Positions 28,972-40,604 of a stretch of 56,901 bases of DNA are shown piece after piece (positions within the stretch are counted from its first letter, which is position 1; every line of letters begins with the position of its first letter). Under the pieces are notes generated by a model. That model did no database searches, was not told the DNA's origin, and saw nothing but the letters and a program-made list of their open reading frames with translations. The stretch covers positions 1 through 56,901 of IMG/VR virus record IMGVR_UViG_3300010151_000014. One strand, 5' to 3'. The stretch comes from a virus. Lineage: Duplodnaviria > Caudoviricetes. Made by a program: the position numbers and the translations under genes.

Positions 28972-29258
28972 GTAAAAGTAAGTATGTTGATTTTGAAACT
29001 CGATCATCAATCCATATATATGTTACAAAATCAATGTATGTTGAATTTCGAAAACTCTTGCTAGATCATAATCTCTCTGCACAAAGTGTATATCAGGAAT
29101 TAATGGGCCTAATTGTTGAAGGCGATGAATATATGGAACAATTACTTGATAGGATGGAAACCGAAAAACGAGAAAAAATTGTTAACAAAGTGAGAAAGAC
29201 TGATGCTGAATCAATTTATAAGGCAATTGCTAATAAAGACGCCTCTACAAAAAATTGA
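28968..29258 (+). CDS. Hypothetical protein (possible ribbon-helix-helix-like)
   Basis: TTG start overlapping the upstream stop; short strand-helix-helix pattern. Confidence 0.6.
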   Translation: MSKSKYVDFETRSSIHIYVTKSMYVEFRKLLLDHNLSAQSVYQELMGLIVEGDEYMEQLLDRMETEKREKIVNKVRKTDAESIYKAIANKDASTKN

Positions 29259-29460
29259 AAAACTTGAATCCAATATTAAAATCTTACACAGATATATTTC
29301 TCTTTTAGAGGCTGATCTTGAAGAAACAAAAGAAGCATTGGCTCAAGTTGCAATATCACAATACGAATTTGTTTCACAGTTTGAATCATTAATTCGGAAT
29401 GCACAAAAAACGAAGATTAATGATACATCAATGAAAGATGACATTGATACATGGAATTAA
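29203..29460 (+). CDS. Coiled-coil hypothetical protein
   Basis: 85-aa ORF in operon. Confidence 0.6.
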   Translation: MLNQFIRQLLIKTPLQKIEKLESNIKILHRYISLLEADLEETKEALAQVAISQYEFVSQFESLIRNAQKTKINDTSMKDDIDTWN

Positions 29461-30311
29461 AAACAGCAACAAATATTGGCATAATATTGTTGTTTTCATT
29501 TATTACATCATTATGTAGTTATTCAATCGGTAGTAGTGTTGAAGAGATTTCATCATCACGTGAATATGCAGAGTTATTTGAATCTCGTAAAGTACTTTAT
29601 AGTGAAGTTAAAATAGAGCGTACGCGCGTAAATGGTTTAACAAAAACACTAAAACAATTGTCTGATGAAAATACTGATTTAACTGATTTAGTTATGCAAT
29701 TACGCCAAAAACCAGATACAATAAAATATGTGTCCGTAATAGAGACAGTGATTGTTCCAACTACAACAATAGAATCATTTACAACACCCCCAGAAGAATA
29801 TATATATCAACTTCATGAAGACACACCTATCGCAAAATTTTCATATGATCAAGCTACCGATCCCTCTTACATATTTGAAACATATGAATTAACATTTCGA
29901 AACTCCATTGTTATAACGGATCAAAAAACTAGCGGACTTTTACAGATATCATCAAGTGCAAACCCAGGTGTATACACGGAATTCCCAATTGATACACTTG
30001 ATGTTCATCATATAACAACACAACGATTATTTGAACCAAATATAGGCCTCGGTTTGACCCTCTCGGCTGGTGAGGATCCTAATTTATTGGGCTCAATATT
30101 TGTGTCATTTTTTCATCCACATGAAAATATCGATGTGTTAGGTTTAAGGGTGGCTGCAAATAAACAAACAGCACAATTTGGGTTAGATTTAGCGGGGTAC
30201 AATGTTGCGGCACATATACCTATACTAACTGATTTATGGGTTCATGGAGGTATTGCAATTGATATCAATGCAAATCCTTCCGGTCATTTTAGCATTGGTA
30301 CCAAGTTTTAG
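29451..30311 (+). CDS. Membrane-anchored protein with coiled coil and beta-rich C-terminus
   Basis: N-terminal TM, heptads, amphipathic strands ending FSIGTKF. Confidence 0.7.
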   Translation: MELKTATNIGIILLFSFITSLCSYSIGSSVEEISSSREYAELFESRKVLYSEVKIERTRVNGLTKTLKQLSDENTDLTDLVMQLRQKPDTIKYVSVIETVIVPTTTIESFTTPPEEYIYQLHEDTPIAKFSYDQATDPSYIFETYELTFRNSIVITDQKTSGLLQISSSANPGVYTEFPIDTLDVHHITTQRLFEPNIGLGLTLSAGEDPNLLGSIFVSFFHPHENIDVLGLRVAANKQTAQFGLDLAGYNVAAHIPILTDLWVHGGIAIDINANPSGHFSIGTKF

Positions 30312-30354
30312 TATTTTTAGAGACTATTTATTGGATGAAGGTGGGTAAATAATA

Positions 30355-31650
30355 ATGAACGTTAAAAATAATAAGCTTGATAGATTGGTAGAGGCTGTAA
30401 TATTTGAAAATGATTTGGGCGAAGATACAATCCCTATAGGTCTAATGGGCCATAACCCAGTTGTTGGTAGTGCTGTGCGTGCCCAACAAGCACTCAAGGC
30501 GGCACCTGCATATATGCCTGGTCAAGAAGTCCCATTAGTCCCATCTGCTGAGATGAGTATACAATTGGCTGGAAAGATGCCTCCGGTTGATGACCCAAAT
30601 TATACACCAACTTCACCAGCCCAATTTGGCCTGGCTATACAAACCCTTGTTGTCGATGCTTCCACGTATGAGCTTAATGTTTTATATCGCGCGTTCAAAG
30701 ACGTATTAACAACAACATTAATGAAAAAAACAATTTCCGAAGCACCAAGAAACCGCCGACCCCCTGGTGTTCCTTTGGATATAGATTTTGAAGATTTAGG
30801 CGAGCCTGAACCAGGTGAAGAAACACCTGAAGAATATTTGGCAAGACAAAAAGAAGAAATAAACATCTCCGATATTATTAATTGGGATGATATTGGGACT
30901 GATTTAGATCCAATTAATAAAATTCGAAATATAAACAAAAAAGAAAAGGAAGAGGAAGAGGATCACCCTGGATACCTCCCGCAAATGATGAGCTTCAAAG
31001 ACATGGCGGAGGAACTAGGATTTAGTGGTCCGGCCGGCGCAAGAGGTGCAATCGAAAGGATAAGTCGTCGTATGCAGGCAATTAAAAAATTGCTAAAACC
31101 TGCACAGTTAAATAAATTGCACATATATGCAACAGCGCAGTTCATAAAATATATTTCAGATTATATTGATCCAAGTGATCGCGAGGAATTTATGTTAAAT
31201 AGAGACGCAGTACGAGACCTAGACACGTATCGCTTCTTTTTTGTTAATACATTTATTATGCCTACCTATAATAAGGTACGACGAGAGGCACGAAAGGGTA
31301 TTGAGGCCAAACTTATTGAGGTTGGAATTCCTAAAAAATCTATTTTAACGATTACCAATATATTGTTTGGCGAAGCACAAACAAGCCCAGAACAACTTAA
31401 GGCAAAACTTAAAAAAGATTTGGGTGAAAATAGCACGATCGATCCAAATGAGTTATTGGAGAGGTTTAAGCATGTATATCCGGAATTAAAATCAATAGCA
31501 AATCTAAGTACCATCAATTTCTTAAATATGTCAAAAGAAAAATGGGAAACGCTAGCGACAAATAGAAAGAAAAAAGCCATAATAACCGCCCTTGAACAAA
31601 CTAATGAATTTCAAAATGAACAAGGAGCGGAAACAGAAGAACAAGAGTAA
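30355..31650 (+). CDS. Hypothetical protein with an internal HTH-like segment
   Basis: 431 aa; MSFKDMAEELGFSGPAGAR resembles an HTH. Confidence 0.7.
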   Translation: MNVKNNKLDRLVEAVIFENDLGEDTIPIGLMGHNPVVGSAVRAQQALKAAPAYMPGQEVPLVPSAEMSIQLAGKMPPVDDPNYTPTSPAQFGLAIQTLVVDASTYELNVLYRAFKDVLTTTLMKKTISEAPRNRRPPGVPLDIDFEDLGEPEPGEETPEEYLARQKEEINISDIINWDDIGTDLDPINKIRNINKKEKEEEEDHPGYLPQMMSFKDMAEELGFSGPAGARGAIERISRRMQAIKKLLKPAQLNKLHIYATAQFIKYISDYIDPSDREEFMLNRDAVRDLDTYRFFFVNTFIMPTYNKVRREARKGIEAKLIEVGIPKKSILTITNILFGEAQTSPEQLKAKLKKDLGENSTIDPNELLERFKHVYPELKSIANLSTINFLNMSKEKWETLATNRKKKAIITALEQTNEFQNEQGAETEEQE

Positions 31651-31669
31651 GGGTGTATTATATTGAGGT

Positions 31670-32071
31670 TTGGTGAGTATTATGTATAACGTAAAACATT
31701 TTAAAGAAAGTGCTTTGGTGTTTGATTTTTTGCCCCCATTACAAGAGGCACCTAGTCATGGGGCTCATGGTAATATGCCAATCGAACCTATGGCGGCTAG
31801 CACATGGGAGACGTCACATGACCCAAATGGTAAAAAGTTAAAAAGGTTATTTGAATTTCAGAATGTGATATCACGTAATATTTTTGTTGATAATATTTTA
31901 GAACTTGAGGAAATATCTGGACATAATATAGATTTTAGTGTTTACGATTCTAATGTATTGGTTCACCTACAAACCAAAGATCTAGGGATTATTACAGAGC
32001 TTGATTTGGAATGCGGCCAAGCACTTGTTGATTACGCATATGATATACACCAAGCAGGCTTAGACACATGA
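31670..32071 (+). CDS. Pterin-4a-carbinolamine dehydratase-like protein, degenerate
   Basis: W...L.R.FEF...F...I..LEE..GH......V...L.T.D...ITELD; canonical HHP and THD read HNI and TKD. Confidence 0.65.
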   Translation: MVSIMYNVKHFKESALVFDFLPPLQEAPSHGAHGNMPIEPMAASTWETSHDPNGKKLKRLFEFQNVISRNIFVDNILELEEISGHNIDFSVYDSNVLVHLQTKDLGIITELDLECGQALVDYAYDIHQAGLDT

Positions 32072-32409
32072 GCCATATTTTAATGAGCGAAGCATTGGTT
32101 GGTCGTGTTAATGTTTCAGATATGGGCGCTAAAAATAAACTTATCAATCAAATGGTTTGTATACAAAAGGATGATCAAACATTTAAGTGTGAACTTAAGA
32201 CGTTAATCTTAACGTACTCATCGATGGTTATAGTTGGAAATTTAAATAATGAATTCCCGGAATGGCTATATGAATGCTTGGATAAAAGCGTATATATAAC
32301 CATAACAACAAAACAAAAAAAATATGAAATTAATAGAACGTTAAATTTAATTAAAATAACTATTAATAATGAAGATATGATATGGACGATTATGGGAGAA
32401 ACACTATGA
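32068..32409 (+). CDS. Hypothetical protein
   Basis: ATGA-coupled ORF. Confidence 0.7.
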   Translation: MSHILMSEALVGRVNVSDMGAKNKLINQMVCIQKDDQTFKCELKTLILTYSSMVIVGNLNNEFPEWLYECLDKSVYITITTKQKKYEINRTLNLIKITINNEDMIWTIMGETL

Positions 32410-32564
32410 AAAAATATTCATATGATAAATTTATGGACAAAATCATTAAACAAGAAAAATTACAAGAAAAAATTGATGATATTGCAGAAACGCCTCAAGA
32501 ACATATTTATCGTCGACGTAGCAAAAATTATCGTCATCATATAAAGTGGGGAAAATTTAAATGA
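32382..32564 (+). CDS. Small hypothetical protein
   Basis: Likely start ATG 32406 (ATGA overlap, GGAG SD). Confidence 0.6.
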   Translation: MDDYGRNTMKKYSYDKFMDKIIKQEKLQEKIDDIAETPQEHIYRRRSKNYRHHIKWGKFK

Positions 32565-33193
32565 AAAACATTAAATTAAATACACAAATTAATCTAATTA
32601 AATTACGTCTTTTGCATGAAATAGACGAACGCCAATATCAAGATGCCATGGCAGCGCGCTCAATACCTTATGATCATCAAGATGTGGAAAATAACGAAGC
32701 CCCAGTTGAGGAAGATGAGGAAAGTGACATTGGAGAACAAGAATTGGAAGCCCCAGCTGAAACCCCGATTGAGACGATAAAACAACAACAAACACCAGAT
32801 TATGATATGGTAAAAAAACAATTAAACATTATTCGTGGTGGCCATTCATTTGATGACAAAAAAGTTCGTCCACAAATAACTAAATTTTTTAATGAATTAT
32901 CAACCGCAGAAAAATTGGCGTTATATTCATTTCTAGATGCATTTGCAAAAATGGTATCAAGTGGCGAAGAGGCAAAGAGTGTGCAGGAGCCGTCGGACGC
33001 ACCATTTAATGTTGTGATGAATATTAAAAAGACATCTAATCTAGAAGATGAAGAATCAAGCGAGTCTAACGCTGATACTGATAAAGAATATCCTAAAATT
33101 TCAAGTGTACAAGATGCGCCAATTGTTGTTGGTGAGTCGCAAGGTGGGAAACATACTTTAAAAGAAATAATTAAACGTAATAATAGAGGTTAA
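32561..33193 (+). CDS. Hypothetical protein
   Basis: 210-aa coupled ORF. Confidence 0.75.
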   Translation: MKNIKLNTQINLIKLRLLHEIDERQYQDAMAARSIPYDHQDVENNEAPVEEDEESDIGEQELEAPAETPIETIKQQQTPDYDMVKKQLNIIRGGHSFDDKKVRPQITKFFNELSTAEKLALYSFLDAFAKMVSSGEEAKSVQEPSDAPFNVVMNIKKTSNLEDEESSESNADTDKEYPKISSVQDAPIVVGESQGGKHTLKEIIKRNNRG

Positions 33194-33194
33194 A

Positions 33195-33509
33195 TTAAAG
33201 TGGGCACTCACAGACCGTTTCAGAGAATATTGAAATAACAATATCAAAACAATGATCATTTTGATACACTAACGCAGTATAGTTTTCAACATAATATATA
33301 TTAGGTTCTTCAAATTCATATGGGTACGACCAAGTAACATCGCCATTATCTAAAGCCATATCATTTTCATTAGTATCAATAATACCACAAACACCATAAA
33401 GTTCGCTTTCCCACCAAATATTTTCAAATTCTGTTTTTACATCTAAAAATTTTTGTGCATCCTCATAAGAATGACAGCCTGCCAACAATATTAATATAAT
33501 CAGGTTCAT
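33195..33509 (-). CDS. Putative lipoprotein
   Basis: GGAG SD then MNLIILILLAGC lipobox; fills the gap between + genes. Confidence 0.75.
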   Translation of the reverse strand: MNLIILILLAGCHSYEDAQKFLDVKTEFENIWWESELYGVCGIIDTNENDMALDNGDVTWSYPYEFEEPNIYYVENYTALVYQNDHCFDIVISIFSETVCECPL

Positions 33510-33551
33510 TAATATCTCCACAAAGATAATTAAGATAATAGAGGTGTCTAA

Positions 33552-34541
33552 ATGCAAAAACAACCAGTATTAATTGAGTTTTTTGATTTAAGTGATATAA
33601 CCGCTGGTTTAAAACATACACGAAATTTTACCAAAGTGATGTTTAGAAGTCTTAAGCAGTTAACTAGTTCATTTAAATTGGCATTTGATGGGTTAATATC
33701 AATAAAGGATAAAGCCAAAACAACTGAATTAATCAAAAAATATCATAAGCAAAAGATAAAACGTGATCGAGAAATCGAATCAGAACTTCGTCAATTAGGC
33801 GCATACGAGTTTAATCCAGACCTATTATTATTGAATCCTGTTGCCGGTATGTTATTATCAGTTAACCAAGCAATACGGTTTTTTACCGACGAAGCTGGCG
33901 CGGATGAAATTCCTGCGTGGATGAAAAAATCGCAACAAGCTATAATCGATGAGATCGGTTTGTTGGCATCATTGCGGGGATTATTTTATGAAACCACCCC
34001 CTTGGATAATTTGGATAATGAAGACTTTGGCGTAAGTGGTGAGATTCACATACCAAAAAATGTACAAAGCGATCCAGAAAAAGAAAAAGATGTTTTAAAG
34101 GTATTTAAAGATTCCGGAATTGATTTAGGACAAAAACGAGACAAATATTTTGATGAGATGGCGAACTCACTTAACGGTCTACGTGAGCAAGTTATTGTAC
34201 AAGTCGATATCTTAAACCTGATAAATGACATTAAAGATATTGATGATGTTAAACAATTTATTAAAAGTGCACAAAAAATAAAAGGTTTCAATAGTGATGA
34301 TATCATTAATGCATTTGAGGATATTGAGTCTGCCAAAGGTAATGATGCCTCAGCTTTGTTTAAGGCACTTTTAGATGTGCTCCATACGGCACGATCTGAG
34401 GGCCTGGTTTCTTTAAAGAATGAAATTAACAATATCCTTAAAAATATGTATCCATCAATTGATGATCTCAATAATGCAACACATCCCACCGCGCCCATGA
34501 TTATCGAAATTATTCAAGCAATTAATGATTTATTTAAATAA
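33552..34541 (+). CDS. Hypothetical protein
   Basis: 329-aa ORF, GAGG SD. Confidence 0.75.
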   Translation: MQKQPVLIEFFDLSDITAGLKHTRNFTKVMFRSLKQLTSSFKLAFDGLISIKDKAKTTELIKKYHKQKIKRDREIESELRQLGAYEFNPDLLLLNPVAGMLLSVNQAIRFFTDEAGADEIPAWMKKSQQAIIDEIGLLASLRGLFYETTPLDNLDNEDFGVSGEIHIPKNVQSDPEKEKDVLKVFKDSGIDLGQKRDKYFDEMANSLNGLREQVIVQVDILNLINDIKDIDDVKQFIKSAQKIKGFNSDDIINAFEDIESAKGNDASALFKALLDVLHTARSEGLVSLKNEINNILKNMYPSIDDLNNATHPTAPMIIEIIQAINDLFK

Positions 34542-34606
34542 TGTGCCTAATATTTAACACCAACGAATATTTGTAATAAAGTACTATATTACTAGGAGTT
34601 AATAAT

Positions 34607-34948
34607 ATGTCAAGCCAATGGATTCCGGAATTTTGCTATGAAGAAGATGAAAATGGGATGACGTCGAATCTCCCATTTATTCCAGTCCCAGAGGGGGAGA
34701 AAATGCCGGATCTAGTATACGTTTTTGAGAGCAAGAATACCGGTATATTTGAACCAGGTCTTCAGGGTGAGGAGGTACCTGTTATTGAGATGGTACTTCA
34801 TCAATACGCTAATATGGGTATCCTTAAGGAAAGAATGTCGGCGCTTGAATATGATAATGTTCGATTTACCATGGGCCTTGAACCAATCAAGAATGCTGCG
34901 ATCAAAGGTGCGAAGATTATCGATAATGTTAGAAAAAATCTATCATAA
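34607..34948 (+). CDS. Hypothetical protein
   Basis: 113 aa, AGGAG SD. Confidence 0.8.
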   Translation: MSSQWIPEFCYEEDENGMTSNLPFIPVPEGEKMPDLVYVFESKNTGIFEPGLQGEEVPVIEMVLHQYANMGILKERMSALEYDNVRFTMGLEPIKNAAIKGAKIIDNVRKNLS

Positions 34949-34959
34949 CCATTTTTATA

Positions 34960-34988
34960 TTGTAAATTCATCATAATCTATCTATAGT
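34960..34988 (+). promoter_or_regulatory. Putative promoter TTGTAA-17-TATAGT
   Basis: Intergenic, upstream of the nuclease-like gene. Confidence 0.5.
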
Positions 34989-35023
34989 TGATATAGGATT
35001 ATAAAAGTTATAATTTACAATAT

Positions 35024-35839
35024 GTGAAGGTTAATATGTATTTGACGCGCAAACAATCGATCATAGCCTTAAAGAACATGATGACATTCAATAAAGAACT
35101 TAATATATTATTTGAAAAGTTTAATACTAGCCTTAAGTCAAATATGGGACGACGAAATGCTTTATTGTCGGGTTTACAGGAAAAATATTTCGCTGATGCA
35201 TTAATGGAAGTATATCCCAATACAACGTCCGACGGGAGAACCGGCCAACCAGATATCCTAATTCCTGAGCTAAGTCTATGTCTTGAATGCAAACTAACAT
35301 CGCCACTGGCTTCAACGGGTGCCATAATATTTCAGAGTGACTCAATGACATTTAATAATAAGCCAAATGGTGTGGATTTTTTATATGTTATTGCTAACAA
35401 GGCATTCGAGTCATTTGCTGTTCTCCATTTTAGTGGGCTAACCCGTGATGATTTTAAAAAAGAATCCCCTGGTTCACGTGGTCGGATTCATATGAAAAAG
35501 TCTAATGCCATGCTAAAGTGCAAACCCCTTATAGGGGGTGTGATTAATAAACGATTACTTATAATTGAAAAATACAAGAATGATTTAGTTGCAACGCGTC
35601 AATCAGCTATTGAGCGGTTGGGATCATTACAGGCACTTATTGAAAAAGCAAATTATGGGACAAAAAAGAAGCAAAGGCTCGAGGGTGTATGCACTCGTGA
35701 AGCTATTCGATTAACAAAGAAAGTTGCACATCTTGAAGAGAAAATTGAGATGCATCTTTCGAAACCCCCACTATATTCAATTACTTACGAAAATTTAGGA
35801 GAAATATGTCAAACCAAAAATTTGATTTGCGAAGTATAA
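35024..35839 (+). CDS. PD-(D/E)XK restriction-endonuclease-fold protein
   Basis: QE...PDILI......LECK motif plus C-terminal coiled coil. Confidence 0.6.
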   Translation: MKVNMYLTRKQSIIALKNMMTFNKELNILFEKFNTSLKSNMGRRNALLSGLQEKYFADALMEVYPNTTSDGRTGQPDILIPELSLCLECKLTSPLASTGAIIFQSDSMTFNNKPNGVDFLYVIANKAFESFAVLHFSGLTRDDFKKESPGSRGRIHMKKSNAMLKCKPLIGGVINKRLLIIEKYKNDLVATRQSAIERLGSLQALIEKANYGTKKKQRLEGVCTREAIRLTKKVAHLEEKIEMHLSKPPLYSITYENLGEICQTKNLICEV

Positions 35840-36051
35840 TCCGTAAAGAGATTCTAAATGCGTTATCCCATCGAAATGATGCAACGTCATCATATGATAT
35901 CGAACGTTTACAACGTGCACAAAGTGTGTCTGCTGTATATGGGTATACCTCTTTAACAGACTCTGGGTTTAACCCAAATTATAAAAAGGGTAAGCGAGTG
36001 CACGGCCCTGGCGGTTCATATGGGTTTCTTGGACCTGGTTTTAAAAAGTAA
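35806..36051 (+). CDS. Small protein with LRSIIRKEIL tag
   Basis: AGGAG SD, 81 aa. Confidence 0.7.
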   Translation: MSNQKFDLRSIIRKEILNALSHRNDATSSYDIERLQRAQSVSAVYGYTSLTDSGFNPNYKKGKRVHGPGGSYGFLGPGFKK

Positions 36052-36063
36052 AAGGGTTTTAAA

Positions 36064-36420
36064 ATGAATGTTGGCGAGATTATTTATATTCGTGTTTTGG
36101 CACAAGAAATGTCACAAAAGATATTGGTACCTGTTAAAATTGTTGAACGATTGATCAGAGAATCCATGGATGGCATCATAACAACGTATGTTGCACAAAC
36201 CCCAGGTGGAGAACAGTATGAGTTAAATTCAACCGAAGAAATGTTTAAAACACTGGAATCCGCGCGCGTCGAGCTTATTGAGGAATCAACACGCAATATT
36301 GATGATATCATCAAAAAGGCTAGCCTTTTTGAACAAAAATATTTTAATAGTACTGGCGTAACACAAAATGAACCGCAACAAGAGGATGTTTATGTCGAAG
36401 AGAACACTACTGCTCCTTGA
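36064..36420 (+). CDS. Hypothetical protein
   Basis: 118-aa ORF in operon. Confidence 0.7.
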   Translation: MNVGEIIYIRVLAQEMSQKILVPVKIVERLIRESMDGIITTYVAQTPGGEQYELNSTEEMFKTLESARVELIEESTRNIDDIIKKASLFEQKYFNSTGVTQNEPQQEDVYVEENTTAP

Positions 36421-37196
36421 TGGGGCAAATTTAATGCAACGCGCGCGCTTTTCAAGTCGACGAAACCTACAAGGAAAAAAGAATGCGATCATATATTCAT
36501 TCTTTCGTTCGCTTCGTCCATTGGTGGAAAAGTTTAAACCGACAAAAGTTATTCTTGCGTTGGAGGGGCGCCCAATTAGGCGTTTTGAACTTCATAAAAA
36601 TTATAAAGCAAACCGTGTATGGGATGATTCTGATGATTATGGAGTACAACGTTTAGTAATCTTGCAATTACTTAAATATTTACCGATTACAACAGTTCGA
36701 CATCCGGAACGTGAGGCAGATGATGTAATCGGTCACTACGCTTTAAGCGATGAATGGGATCGTCGTGTGATTGTTTCAAGTGACACAGACTTCATTCAAC
36801 TATTGAATGTAGACAAACGTTGCGAAGTATACAACCCTATCACAAAAAGAACGAGAACACCCCCTTGTGATGATTATGTTGGGTGGAAGGCATTAGTTGG
36901 TGATAGTGCAGACAATATTGAAGGGTTTCGAGGCGTCGGAAACAAAACAGCAATCAAATTAATCGAAAATCGTAAAAAGTTGTTGTCTTTTTTAGATAAA
37001 AAAAATGGTCATGAGAAATATAATAAAAATAGAACCTTGATTCAATTTGAACAGGTTGATGAATGTGACGTTGATTTTGTTGTTGGAAGCGCACAATGGG
37101 ATCAGTTATTCGAAAAGTTTAAGGATTTAGGTTTTTGGTCAATTGTTAACAAAACATCTTGGTCGAAGTATATTAATACATTTAAAGGGGTCATAG

Positions 37197-37213
<17 letters not shown>
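36392..37213 (+). CDS. 5'-3' exonuclease/flap endonuclease (intact copy)
   Basis: LLDG, YKANR, EADDVI, SSDTD, GDSADNI.G..GVG.KTA; start placed at ATG 36392. Confidence 0.9.
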
Positions 37214-38989
<1,776 letters not shown>

Positions 38990-39046
38990 ATTTTATATTT
39001 AATACACGTGAACATAAATGGATAAAATTTATTTTTATAAAAAATA

Positions 39047-40021
39047 ATGCGGAGTAATTTAATGAGCCATGTTAAGTGGACAAAAATTGTATCGTTTCAT
39101 AATATCGTAAAAAGTATACGCACTACGTTTCAGGATACTGAAATACCTTATCCCATTGTTACGTATCGGGCAAAAATTAAATTGCATGGTACTAATGCCG
39201 GGGTACGTATAGATAGTGATGGTGTAATAGCACAATCCCGTACACAAGACATATCACAACAAAATGATAATGTCGGATTTGCAAAGTGGGTTGCTAATAA
39301 TGAAAATTATTTCGCACAATTTGATCGCGGCATCGTTATTTTTGGTGAGTGGGTCGGTCCAGGTATTCAAAAGGGCACTGCAATAAATCAAATTTCAAAT
39401 AAATCATTTTGCGTTTTTGCGATTCAAATCGAAAATAATATGATTATCGATCCATCCCATATTACCCAATTATGTGAAAAACAACACAAACCAGATAATA
39501 TGTGTATTCTTCCATGGGCAACAAAAAGTCAAACAATTGATTTTTCAAATCATGATGCACTTGTCAAATTTATTGATTGTGTTAACAATAAAGTTCATAC
39601 CGTTGAGGAATGTGATCCATGGGTTAAGGAAGAGTTTAATATAGAAGGTATAGGGGAAGGCCTGGTATATTACCCACAAGACTCCACAACACAATATATA
39701 TTTAAAGCCAAGGGTGAAAAACACCAAGTGAAAAAAGCAAAGAAACCTGCCCAAATTGATCCAGATGTTTTGGCCAATATTGATGAATTTGTTTTGTCAT
39801 TTGTAACCTTACCTCGTTTACAGCAAGGCGCCTCTGAAGCATGTGGCGGAAAATATGATGTAAAACTCATGGGCTCTTTTTTAAAGTGGTTTGGTAATGA
39901 TGTAAAAAAAGAAGGTGTTGATGAGCTTGAAGCTTCTGGGCTTGAATGGAAACAAGTTGCTAGGGCTGTATCGTTTAAGGCTAGGGGCTGGTATCTTTTA
40001 AGGGCAAAAGAAGAGATTTAA
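39047..40021 (+). CDS. RNA ligase, Rnl2 family
   Basis: KLHGTN, QSR, FGEW.G, F.VFAI, GEGLV, FKAK. Confidence 0.85.
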   Translation: MRSNLMSHVKWTKIVSFHNIVKSIRTTFQDTEIPYPIVTYRAKIKLHGTNAGVRIDSDGVIAQSRTQDISQQNDNVGFAKWVANNENYFAQFDRGIVIFGEWVGPGIQKGTAINQISNKSFCVFAIQIENNMIIDPSHITQLCEKQHKPDNMCILPWATKSQTIDFSNHDALVKFIDCVNNKVHTVEECDPWVKEEFNIEGIGEGLVYYPQDSTTQYIFKAKGEKHQVKKAKKPAQIDPDVLANIDEFVLSFVTLPRLQQGASEACGGKYDVKLMGSFLKWFGNDVKKEGVDELEASGLEWKQVARAVSFKARGWYLLRAKEEI

Positions 40022-40070
40022 ACGCCTATATATAACTGCAACTTAGTGCTATTAACTAATAGGATAAAAT

Positions 40071-40211
40071 ATGAAAATAAGCAAGCATCTCCTTAATCGT
40101 CTTCTTAGGAAAGAAATCCTTAAGGAGGCAACTATATTAACGGCTGACGAAGCTATTACCAACGCAATTCACGATTGGGTTAGTGCATCCTACATCTTTA
40201 ATAAAGGCTGA
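40071..40211 (+). CDS. 46-aa ORF with tag MKISKHLLNRLLRKEILKE, possibly a frameshifted remnant
   Basis: Not in the ORF track; AGGA SD and TATATATAA element upstream; the +1 frame continues to TAA 40260. Confidence 0.55.
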   Translation: MKISKHLLNRLLRKEILKEATILTADEAITNAIHDWVSASYIFNKG

Positions 40212-40286
40212 TCTAAATAATATTGTTTTAGGTTATTGGGAAAGTCTGTTAGATTATTAAGAAAAATAAGGCCCAAAATAGGCTTA

Positions 40287-40507
40287 TTGTTTATAAAAGA
40301 AAAAAAATAAATAGCCCAGATCATTATAGTATTGGTAATATTGAGGTTATTGACTTTATTGAATTATGGGATTTGGATTTTTTTACCGGTAATGCGATAA
40401 AATATATCGCAAGGCATAAATACAAAGATAACCCAATAGAAGACCTTAGGAAGGTTAAGTGATATATTACGCGATTGATCAAAAATTTAGAAAGACTAGA
40501 TGGATAA
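40287..40507 (+). pseudogene. DUF3310 (T7 gp1.7-like) pseudogene
   Basis: INSPDHY..GNIEVIDFI...GNAIKYIAR..K....EDLRKVK*YI with TGA (40460) at the conserved Trp; TTG 40287 is out of frame across an A8 run. Confidence 0.75.
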
Positions 40508-40530
40508 TCTAAAAAAAAATATACATACTA

Positions 40531-40559
40531 GTGTAAAAACAAATATACCATGGTATAAT
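40531..40559 (+). promoter_or_regulatory. Promoter GTGTAA-17-TATAAT with TGn extension
   Basis: Upstream of the sigma operon; same architecture as 50220. Confidence 0.65.
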
Positions 40560-40604
40560 AGAATTATGGTAATGGCACCATATTAATTAAGAAGGCACAC
40601 ATTA

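Noticed and set aside
40211-40604. tRNA or structured ncRNA in the larger intergenic gaps (also 46589-46769, 50226-50619)
   Set aside because: No T-loop GTTCRA or cloverleaf seen by eye; the gaps are explained by pseudogenes, promoters and a terminator.
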